Positions 10,376 to 18,727 of a stretch of 64,000 nt of DNA are shown one piece after another. The notes beneath the pieces were generated by a model. That model saw nothing but the letters and a program-made list of their open reading frames with translations, was not told the DNA's origin and searched no databases. The stretch covers positions 3,315 through 67,314 of the forward strand of contig JBGTNM010000180.1 of the NCBI GenBank assembly GCA_041743025.1. The letters run 5' to 3'. A program made the translations under genes and the position numbers. How positions within the stretch are numbered: position 1 is the stretch's first letter; each line of letters opens with the position of its first letter. Source of the DNA: Microcystaceae cyanobacterium. Its GTDB lineage: Bacteria > Cyanobacteriota > Cyanobacteriia > Cyanobacteriales > Microcystaceae.

Positions 10376-13300
10376 TTACAATTGCAAATTTTCTAGCTCA
10401 TATAGCAGTAAAGCTTCTGCTTCTGCCTCTGTTAGCTGTTGTACAGCTTCCCTCTCTGAGACTGAAACCAATTCGCTGGGCGTTTCTTCTCGCCCAACGG
10501 CAAATAATTTTTCCGCTAGATAATTGGCTAATTGACTGACGGTTGGATAGTCAAAAGTTAAGGTTGAAGGCAACGAATTGTTTAAACTCGTCTGGAGTCG
10601 ATTGCTCAGTTCGATCGCACCTAAAGAATCTATTCCTAGTTCAGAAAATCCTTGGTTTGGATCTAACGCATCGAAAGTATTTAAGCCGAGAACGGCTGCC
10701 ACTTGAGACAACACATGAGCAATCAAGTAGTCTTTTCGCAAAGACGGTGCCACGGTTTCCCAATGCGGTAATGTCACTGCTGGGTGGACTTCTGAGGGAT
10801 TTCTAGCAATATTATTAATTAAATCTGCCAAAAATGGCGAGGTTAGGGAACGATACTCAGTCCAATTGATCGGCACAACTCCTATTTGAGACACGGAACT
10901 TGCGATCAATTGTTCCAAAATCATTAAGGCTTGCGAGGGTTCGATGGTTTCCATGCCTGAAATACTCTGTCGGAGCGCGGGAGATTTAGCCGCCATGCCA
11001 ATTTGGCCCCAAGCTCCCCAGTTAATACTCAAGGCAGGCATTGCCATCCCTTGACGCGCATGAGCTAGAGAATCGAGGAAGGCATTCGCCGCGCAATAGT
11101 TGACTTGTCCGGCGGAACCCAGCAAACTGGCAACCGAGGAAAACGAGACGAAAAAATCGAGGGGTTCTTGTTGCGTCAGCCAGTGAAGATTCCAAGCTCC
11201 TTGGACTTTGGGAGCCATAACCTGCTCAAACTGTTCCCATGACTGTTGTCGGAGTCGTCCATCAGCGAGTACCCCTGCTGCATGAATAATACCGCGCAGG
11301 GGCGGAAATTGAGAGCGCGATCGCTGCTCAAATAGCTCAGCTACCTCAGCAAAACAAGTCACATCGGCTTTTAAGGTCAAAAGGTTAACGCCTTTTGCCG
11401 TCAGTTGTTGAAGAATGTGACGAGAACTGAGGGTCGGAGCGTTGCGCCCCACTAAAATGAGATGTTTTGCCCCTTTTTCCGCTAACCATTCAGCTAAGCG
11501 CAGGCCGATATCTCCGAAACCACCTGTAATTAAATAACTGCCCTCCGCACGACAGAGCGTGTTAGAACGCCCAGACACCACAATTTTGCCAATGTGCTTG
11601 GCTTGCTGTAGCGTGCGAAAAGCGTCTTTTACCTTAGCGTGAGTAAACACCTGATAGGGAATGGGTTGCAGCGTTCCCGCTCTTATTTGCACCATCAGGG
11701 TTTGCAGCATGGATTGAATCAAATCCGGCTTGGTTTGGGCAACTGTTAATAAATCACAGCAAAAATAGTCAATATCCGGCCTGACTTGCGCCACTTGTTC
11801 TGCTGTCCAGATACCTTGCTTGCCAATTTCTAAAAAACAACCATGAGGACGCAAAACTGACAAACTTTTCGCCATAAACTCCCCACTGAGACAATTGAGA
11901 ACGACATCAATGCCTGGAGTCATTTGGGCGATTTCGTCGGCAAAAGTCAAACTTCGAGAATTCATGACCTTTTTAACGCCTAAAGCCTGCAAAAACTCCC
12001 ACTTACTAGCAGAAGCAGTCGCAAAGACTTCTGCCCCGATCTGTTGAGCCAGTTGAACTGCCGCCAGTCCCACGCCACCTGCTGCCGCATGAATTAAAAC
12101 GCGATCGCCTGGTTTTAATTGCGCCAGATGGACTAAAGTATAGTAGGCCGTTAGAAAAGCACCTGGAATCGTGGCAGATGCCTCAAAACTTAAAGTATCG
12201 GGGAGAGTTATCATCCAAGCGGCTGGGATGGTTACATATTGACTAAAACTGCCGATCGCTAGTCCCATCACGCGATCGCCGACTTGTAAGCCCTCAACTC
12301 CCGCCCCAACTGCTACCACTTCCCCAGCACATTCGAGTCCTAATTCTTGCTCATCTCCAACAGACATTCCTAACCCATTAAGAACGTCCCGGAAATTTAG
12401 CCCGGTTGCTCTAACCTCAATCTCGACTTCATCGTCACTGGGTTGGCGGCGCGGAGTGGGTTGCCAAGTTAGGCTTTCTAAGGTTTTTTGAGCCGTTGTT
12501 ACGAGGCGGCAAGGCTGATAGAGTTGAACGGAAGACCGCACTAATCGGGCAACATAGCGCTGTTGTCCGCGCCAACCAATTTGGGTTTCTCCGTCAGGAT
12601 GACAGATTTCTGAGGCTAAAATTTGTGCTGCTTCTTGGGTTCGGTGTGTTGCTAAGTCGAGACAAACACAGCTTAGCTCAGGATGTTCTTGCTCAATGGC
12701 TTTCTTCATACCCCAAAGGGGTGATTGAGTAATCCCGGATAAAGAAGGGTAAGAATTTGCTATTGCTTGTGTTCCTTTTGTGATTAACCAAAGCTGACGA
12801 GGTTGCCCGGTTAGGGCTTGAAAAAGTCGCAAAAGAGGCTGGCAACTCTGTGCGATCGCCTTTTCTAAGACATTAGATAAATCGGAACCGTCCAATCTGG
12901 CATTCTCATCACCGAGTTGAACCTGTGTGATCGCCTTTTCTAGAGCGTCAGTTAAATCTAAACTCCATAAATAAATGACTCCTTTAAAGCGATCGCTCTC
13001 TAATTCTGCTAATAATTGCTTGAAGTTAAGGTCATTCTCTCGAAAAACGAGCTTACACTGCTGTTGATTAGACTGCATAAGCGCTGCTAAGCTCTCTCCA
13101 ATACCACCTTGATCTGCTAAAATTAGCCATTGATGAGGGTTAGGGGTTGAAGTGGCTCCTTGAGCTTTCTGCCGCCATTCCACTTCATACAGCCAATCCT
13201 GCTCTGTAATAGTGGAAGAATCAGGTACAGAGACGCACTTCGAGGTCAATCCTTCGATCTGCGCCACGAGTTGTCCTTGTTCGTCCCAGATTTGTAAATC

Positions 13301-16300
13301 GGCCGTGAGAGTATCGGAGGGAGCAGTGGATCGCAGTTTGGCATAACTCCATAAACCCGACTGCACAGGACGATAGAGGATCAGCCGCTCAAAGGCAATT
13401 GGTAAATATGTTCCAGGCGGCAGTGTCGCTAAAACCACTTGCCAACAAGCATCCAGCAATCGAGGATGGAAGTAATAAGCAGGCAATTCCCTCACGAGAT
13501 CTGGCGCTAATCTAATCTCTCCAAGGGCTTCTCCTCCTTGTCGCCAAAGTTGTACGAGGCTTTTAAAACTCACTCCATAGGTTAAACCCCGTTCTTGACA
13601 CTGCTGATAAAAAGCTTCTGCTGTCATCTTTTCGCACAATCGTGCCTGTTTCTGTTCTAAATTGAGGGGGTTTGATGAAGCTGGGGAGGGGTTAAGGAGG
13701 AGTTGTCCTGCACTGTGCAGTGTCCAGCGATCGCTGACGGGATCGGCAGTACTATAAATCTCAAAAGTGGCTCCTTGGGTGTCTTTCGTGACAATCACTT
13801 GCACGGTTGAGGAGTCAGACAACGGCAAGGCTTGTTGAAAACTAACTCCTTGTAGCGCGATTTCAGAAGATTTTAAAACCTTTATTCCAGCAGCCAGAGC
13901 CATTTCTACATAAACCGCCGCCGCCAGCACGGGAACCTGATTGACCTGATGCTCCCTCAGCCAATCTTGCTTATTTTTAGTTAATAAAGACTCAAAAATA
14001 ACGGTTTTCAAGGGACAGACAAGGCGTTTGCCTAATAGGGGATGGCCAGACATCGGTTGAGGAGAAGTTACAGGCGGATCAATCCAGTAGCGTTGACGCT
14101 GAAAAGGATAAGTCGGCAAACTGACTCGATGACGGTTGTATTCTCGGTCAAAACCCAACCAATCAACGTCTACACCGCTTAAGTACAGTTCTTTTAGGCT
14201 AGTTAGCAGGACTAACCAATCGGAGGTATTGGGGGATAAACTAGGTAGTAAAAGCAGATTTTCGTCCGTTATTAGGCTTTTTCCTAATGTTAATATTGCC
14301 GCTTGCGGACTACAGTCTAAAAAAATCTCATAACCAGCTTGCCTTAAGGTTTTCAAGCCTTCATCGGCTTTCCCGTAGTACTCCATTTGCTCGCCCCAAT
14401 AATCAGACGTGGCGATCGCCTCTGTTGCCCAATCTCCCGTTCGACTCGCGATTAGGTTTAATTGTGGGGAATTATAGGTTATTTGGGCAATAATGCTCTC
14501 AAAACCGACGGTATGATGATTTGGCCATTTTTTCACTAAAATTGGCTGCGATCGCGCAGCACTACTTCGTGATCGTCCTTGGTAAACCACCAGTTTTAAG
14601 GCATCTTCTAGGCTAAATACCCCAGCAACACAGGCAGCAACTATTTCCCCCACACTGTCTCCCATCACGGCATTGGGTTCAATGCCCCAAGACTTCCACA
14701 ATTGAAAAAGCGCGTAAGAGATGGCAAAAAAAGCCGGTTGCGTGTAGGATGCTAACAGCGATTTGCTATTGCCGTTGTGAGCTTGGGGATAGAGGATCTC
14801 GATTAAAGAGCGATCAAGATAGGGATGAAGAATCTCAGCGCACGCATCCAGGGTTTTTCTAAAAATAGGCTGAGTTTGATAGAGTTCAGATCCTATCGCC
14901 AAATTTTGTAACCCTTGCCCACTAAATAAAAAAGCAATTTTTGGGCGACGATCACGAGAAAGTCTATAGAACCCATCGGTGGTACTTACTGTTTCTAGGT
15001 TAGTTTGTACTTGCGTGATCGCCTGAGCCACAATAGCACAGCGATAAGGCAGGGCTGTTCGTCCGCTATTGGCAGTAAACGCTACATCAGCCAGATTAAG
15101 TTCCTGATGAGTCGAAAAAAAAGTCTGATAACGTCCGATCAGGGCTTTTAAGGCTTTTTCTGTCTTAGCTGAGAAGGTTAATAAATGCCTTGGGCGATCG
15201 CTTAGTAAAGGATTAGGATCTAAGGGAGAAGTAACGGGAGCTTCTTCTAAAATAAGATGTACATTCGTCCCCCCAATACCGAGGGAATTAACGCCTGCTC
15301 GTCGGGGAGAAACTCCGCTAGGCCAGTCTTGTCGGTGGGTGTTAACGTAAAAAGGACTGTGGGCAAAATCAATTTGAGGATTAGGCTGTTCAAAATGCAT
15401 TGAAGCAGGCAGTTGTTGGTGATAGAGCGCGAGAACAGTTTTGATAAATCCTGCCACCCCTGAAGCAATTTGTAAGTGACCGACATTGGTTTTAACTGAA
15501 CCGATCGCACAGTAACCGATTTGAGAAGTATCCAGGCGAAATGCTTGAGTCAATCCGGCGATTTCAATCGGATCGCCCAAAGGGGTAGCGGTTCCATGCG
15601 CTTCAACGTAACCGATGCTTTGCGCGTTCACCTGGGCGGCAAAAAGTGCGTCACTAACCGCTCTTGCTTGTCCTTCCCCATTCGGCGCAAAGTAGCTGAC
15701 TTTACTCCCACCATCATTGTTGAGGGCCGATCCTTTAACAACAGCATAGATGCGATCGCCATCTTTGAGGGCAGCTTCGAGCGGTTTAAGTACCACTAAC
15801 CCTACACCACTGCCAAAAATTGTCCCCTGAGCTTGGGCATCAAAAGCACGACAATGACCGTCGGGAGAGAGAATCATGCCTTCTTGGTACAAGTGACCGA
15901 TGGTTTGAGGCACTTTGACCGATACCCCGCCAGCGATCGCCATTTCACATTCCCCATTGAGCAGACTCTGACAAGCTAAATGAATGGCTGCGGCAGATGT
16001 TGAACAGGCGGTTTGCACATTGATACTCGGACCAGTCAAATTGAGTTTATAAGAAACGCGCGTGGTTAAATAGTCCTTGTCATTGCTCACCATCATTTGA
16101 AATCCCCCCAGAGAATCTAGGGAGATAACACTCAGCGAATCATTAGCATCTAGGCGATCGCGATTAGGATAGAGATTATTGAGAACATAAGTATTCATGG
16201 CAGCCCCCGCGTACAATCCGATTGCCCCTCCATAGGTGAAAGGATTGTATCCAGCATCTTCTAAACTTTCCCAGGCACATTCAAGCATAAGACGCTGTTG

Positions 16301-18586
16301 GGGATCGATTAATTCGGCTTCTTTGGCACTATAACCCCAAAAAGCGGCATCAAAGTTCTCGATATCGCCGATCATCGGACTCGCCTTCACATAATGGGGA
16401 TTTTTGACGAGATCGGCATCGACTCCAGCCGCAAGGATCTCCCTCTCACTCAAAAAAGTGATGGATTCCACCCCATCGCAGAGATTTTGCCAAAATTCCG
16501 CTAAGTTATTAGCACCAGGAAACCGACAAGCCATCCCAATAACCGCTACTTCTCGTTGTTCTGTTATGGGTTTGCGTCGCGGGGCGACCTGTGGAGTTGA
16601 GGCGAAAAACTGGGTGAGGGCAGCTATACTTGGGTAACGAAATAAGTCTGCGATCGCAACCTGAAATCCCCATTCTTCTGTTAAGCAGTGTTGGACTTGA
16701 CCTAACAGTAAAGAATTTCCACCTAATTCAAAGAAATTATCCTGAAAATTAACAATTTCTTGCCCTAAAACGGTTTGCCAAATCTGAGCAATTTTCGCCT
16801 CAATCTCTGCGGGACTTTCTAGCTGACGAGACGGCAAAAGACGGTTTAACTGCGCTAAAATAAGCTCAAATTCCCCAGCATCCCAACTTTTAATCAATAA
16901 AGCGTATTGAATTTTGCCGATACTAGTTTTAGGAATCGCCGTTTTGGCTAAAGGAATCAAGTAATCAGGACTGATACCGACTTGGCTGAGCACTTGCTCT
17001 CTGATCGTTTTGAGTAAAGCTAAGCGTTCTTGTTGATCTGATAACTCGCTGTTGAAGAAGATAGCGAGTTGTTCGGCTGTTCTATCGTTTGAGCGTACCC
17101 CACAGGCGGCACTATAAGAAACAGAGACTCCTTCAATTTGTTCGACGACCGCTTCAATTTCATGGCTGTAGTAATTCACGCCATTGATGATGATCATCTC
17201 CTTAGCTCGACCTGTCAGTACCAGATGACCTTGCTGTAAAAAGCCCAGATCGCCTGTTTGAAACCAGCCATCGGCTAAAAAAGCCTCTTGAGTCGCCGAT
17301 GGCTGTCGGTAATAGCCATTGGCGACGGCTTCTCCTTGAACCTGTAAATAACCAATCCGTCCTTCCGGCAAAACTTGATGGTTCTCGTTAACAATACGAA
17401 GGGTAATTCCTGGAATGGGAACGCCTAAACTAGTAAACAGCGATTTATGGGGAATTTTGTTTTCTATTGCTTCTAAATGGGGCGGTAATGCTGAATGAAC
17501 GCTCAAAGCAGTATCTGGAGGAGAGTAAGTTATACCTGAGCCTAATTCTGCCATGCCAAAGGCCGATCGCAGTGCCGTCGCCTTGAGTCCATAGGGCATC
17601 AGTTTGGCCAGACAATCCTGCATCACCGGAAACGCCACTATTTCGCCAGCACACAGGAGAAACTCAACACAGGATAAATCCCAGGATTGTCTCAGATTTT
17701 GCGCTAATGGCTCGTTAATGAGCGCGTAGGCAAACGTCGGGGCCCAACTGTGGGTGACGCGGTATTGAGCGATTAAATCTAGCCAATTGAGGACACGTTT
17801 TAAAATAAACTCTTTCTGCACATAAATCGCACTACAGCCCAACAAAACACAGCGAATATGCCAATCGGCAAGACTACCAATGTGATCGAAAGGCAACCAA
17901 CTCAGAATCACATCCTCTGGTTGATGGCGGTTCAGTACATTCGCTCCTCTCGCACGCGCTAGGACACTGCGATGGGTGAGTTGAATGCACTTAGGAGTTC
18001 CCGTACTACCAGAAGACAGGGCAAAAAAGGCCAAGTCTTGCCGATGAGGTTGATGATAAATGCGAGCGGGTGGATGATGGCGGCAATTTTCAAAAATAGC
18101 GAATTGAGCAGAAATACCAGATTGAAGCAGATAATTGCTTAAATCTTGACGATTTTGAGCGATAATTAACCAAGGATTTGCTAAAAATTTCCACAAATGC
18201 TTAAGTTTTTCGAGGGAAGGATTAATCCCGTCCATGGCAGGAGGTGTTTCTAAAATGATGGGAACAAACCCTCCTAAAATACATCCCCAAAAAGCAGTGA
18301 GTAGAGCGCACTGCTCGTCTAAAAGTAAAATAACCTTATCTTGTGGTTGTAAACCTAGCTGTCGAAGTCCTGCTAAAACTGATGCCGCTTGCTCAAGGAG
18401 TTCGCTGTATGATTGCGTGATAATGTTCTGGTGGCGATCGCAGTAAATCAATTTTTTGGCTGTCATCTGTCGAGCCGCTTGTTGCAGAATTTCTGGCAAC
18501 GTCATCACTCCATCAGGGGTAGCGGGTAGACAGCCTCCATTACTAACAGCAAGAGGTTCCCACTCAGACGAACAAGCTTTAGTCAT
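10376..18586 (-). CDS. Loading/extension megasynthase: fatty acyl-AMP ligase (FAAL)-carrier-KS-AT(degenerate)-DH-ER-KR-ACP
   Basis: 2736 aa. N-terminal adenylate-forming domain (ALSSGSTGTPKCIQLTH, GWFQTGDLG, GRAKEMIIINGVNY). Carrier (FFELGGNSLL). KS (QTACSTSAAAIHLA, EAHGTATPLGD, KTNVGHLQIASG). AT remnant (GDSVGE instead of GHSxGE, ~70 aa missing including HAFH). DH (HPLLGKRL). ER (LIHAAAGGVGLAAVQLA). KR (YLITGGFGDIG). ACP (GIDSLGAIEL). Confidence 0.95.
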   Translation of the reverse strand: MTKACSSEWEPLAVSNGGCLPATPDGVMTLPEILQQAARQMTAKKLIYCDRHQNIITQSYSELLEQAASVLAGLRQLGLQPQDKVILLLDEQCALLTAFWGCILGGFVPIILETPPAMDGINPSLEKLKHLWKFLANPWLIIAQNRQDLSNYLLQSGISAQFAIFENCRHHPPARIYHQPHRQDLAFFALSSGSTGTPKCIQLTHRSVLARARGANVLNRHQPEDVILSWLPFDHIGSLADWHIRCVLLGCSAIYVQKEFILKRVLNWLDLIAQYRVTHSWAPTFAYALINEPLAQNLRQSWDLSCVEFLLCAGEIVAFPVMQDCLAKLMPYGLKATALRSAFGMAELGSGITYSPPDTALSVHSALPPHLEAIENKIPHKSLFTSLGVPIPGITLRIVNENHQVLPEGRIGYLQVQGEAVANGYYRQPSATQEAFLADGWFQTGDLGFLQQGHLVLTGRAKEMIIINGVNYYSHEIEAVVEQIEGVSVSYSAACGVRSNDRTAEQLAIFFNSELSDQQERLALLKTIREQVLSQVGISPDYLIPLAKTAIPKTSIGKIQYALLIKSWDAGEFELILAQLNRLLPSRQLESPAEIEAKIAQIWQTVLGQEIVNFQDNFFELGGNSLLLGQVQHCLTEEWGFQVAIADLFRYPSIAALTQFFASTPQVAPRRKPITEQREVAVIGMACRFPGANNLAEFWQNLCDGVESITFLSEREILAAGVDADLVKNPHYVKASPMIGDIENFDAAFWGYSAKEAELIDPQQRLMLECAWESLEDAGYNPFTYGGAIGLYAGAAMNTYVLNNLYPNRDRLDANDSLSVISLDSLGGFQMMVSNDKDYLTTRVSYKLNLTGPSINVQTACSTSAAAIHLACQSLLNGECEMAIAGGVSVKVPQTIGHLYQEGMILSPDGHCRAFDAQAQGTIFGSGVGLVVLKPLEAALKDGDRIYAVVKGSALNNDGGSKVSYFAPNGEGQARAVSDALFAAQVNAQSIGYVEAHGTATPLGDPIEIAGLTQAFRLDTSQIGYCAIGSVKTNVGHLQIASGVAGFIKTVLALYHQQLPASMHFEQPNPQIDFAHSPFYVNTHRQDWPSGVSPRRAGVNSLGIGGTNVHLILEEAPVTSPLDPNPLLSDRPRHLLTFSAKTEKALKALIGRYQTFFSTHQELNLADVAFTANSGRTALPYRCAIVAQAITQVQTNLETVSTTDGFYRLSRDRRPKIAFLFSGQGLQNLAIGSELYQTQPIFRKTLDACAEILHPYLDRSLIEILYPQAHNGNSKSLLASYTQPAFFAISYALFQLWKSWGIEPNAVMGDSVGEIVAACVAGVFSLEDALKLVVYQGRSRSSAARSQPILVKKWPNHHTVGFESIIAQITYNSPQLNLIASRTGDWATEAIATSDYWGEQMEYYGKADEGLKTLRQAGYEIFLDCSPQAAILTLGKSLITDENLLLLPSLSPNTSDWLVLLTSLKELYLSGVDVDWLGFDREYNRHRVSLPTYPFQRQRYWIDPPVTSPQPMSGHPLLGKRLVCPLKTVIFESLLTKNKQDWLREHQVNQVPVLAAAVYVEMALAAGIKVLKSSEIALQGVSFQQALPLSDSSTVQVIVTKDTQGATFEIYSTADPVSDRWTLHSAGQLLLNPSPASSNPLNLEQKQARLCEKMTAEAFYQQCQERGLTYGVSFKSLVQLWRQGGEALGEIRLAPDLVRELPAYYFHPRLLDACWQVVLATLPPGTYLPIAFERLILYRPVQSGLWSYAKLRSTAPSDTLTADLQIWDEQGQLVAQIEGLTSKCVSVPDSSTITEQDWLYEVEWRQKAQGATSTPNPHQWLILADQGGIGESLAALMQSNQQQCKLVFRENDLNFKQLLAELESDRFKGVIYLWSLDLTDALEKAITQVQLGDENARLDGSDLSNVLEKAIAQSCQPLLRLFQALTGQPRQLWLITKGTQAIANSYPSLSGITQSPLWGMKKAIEQEHPELSCVCLDLATHRTQEAAQILASEICHPDGETQIGWRGQQRYVARLVRSSVQLYQPCRLVTTAQKTLESLTWQPTPRRQPSDDEVEIEVRATGLNFRDVLNGLGMSVGDEQELGLECAGEVVAVGAGVEGLQVGDRVMGLAIGSFSQYVTIPAAWMITLPDTLSFEASATIPGAFLTAYYTLVHLAQLKPGDRVLIHAAAGGVGLAAVQLAQQIGAEVFATASASKWEFLQALGVKKVMNSRSLTFADEIAQMTPGIDVVLNCLSGEFMAKSLSVLRPHGCFLEIGKQGIWTAEQVAQVRPDIDYFCCDLLTVAQTKPDLIQSMLQTLMVQIRAGTLQPIPYQVFTHAKVKDAFRTLQQAKHIGKIVVSGRSNTLCRAEGSYLITGGFGDIGLRLAEWLAEKGAKHLILVGRNAPTLSSRHILQQLTAKGVNLLTLKADVTCFAEVAELFEQRSRSQFPPLRGIIHAAGVLADGRLRQQSWEQFEQVMAPKVQGAWNLHWLTQQEPLDFFVSFSSVASLLGSAGQVNYCAANAFLDSLAHARQGMAMPALSINWGAWGQIGMAAKSPALRQSISGMETIEPSQALMILEQLIASSVSQIGVVPINWTEYRSLTSPFLADLINNIARNPSEVHPAVTLPHWETVAPSLRKDYLIAHVLSQVAAVLGLNTFDALDPNQGFSELGIDSLGAIELSNRLQTSLNNSLPSTLTFDYPTVSQLANYLAEKLFAVGREETPSELVSVSEREAVQQLTEAEAEALLLYELENLQL

Positions 18587-18727
18587 CGCTCAATTTAGCT
18601 ATTGGACATTTTTCTTGAATCTTAGCTAAAAACAAAGCAATAAGCAAGAGAAAACCAGGCTATTGAGAAGTGCGAAGTTACTTCATCGAACTAACGCTTA
18701 AATTTGCACGACTACTTATTCGTTATT
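18587..18727. promoter_or_regulatory. Divergent intergenic/promoter region between the PKS operon (minus) and the KS-SRPBCC-SDR operon (plus)
   Basis: A short non-coding gap between two divergently oriented gene sets. No specific -10/-35 element was assigned. Confidence 0.4.

Noticed and set aside
2426-18586. Interpretation as a heterocyst-glycolipid (hgl) synthase, an olefin synthase (Ols) or a saxitoxin SxtA-like enzyme.
   Set aside because: Ols ends in sulfotransferase-TE, and hgl PKSs lack an AONS domain. SxtA has an MT-GNAT-ACP-AONS architecture without KS/AT/DH/ER/KR. None of these fits the domain order seen here.
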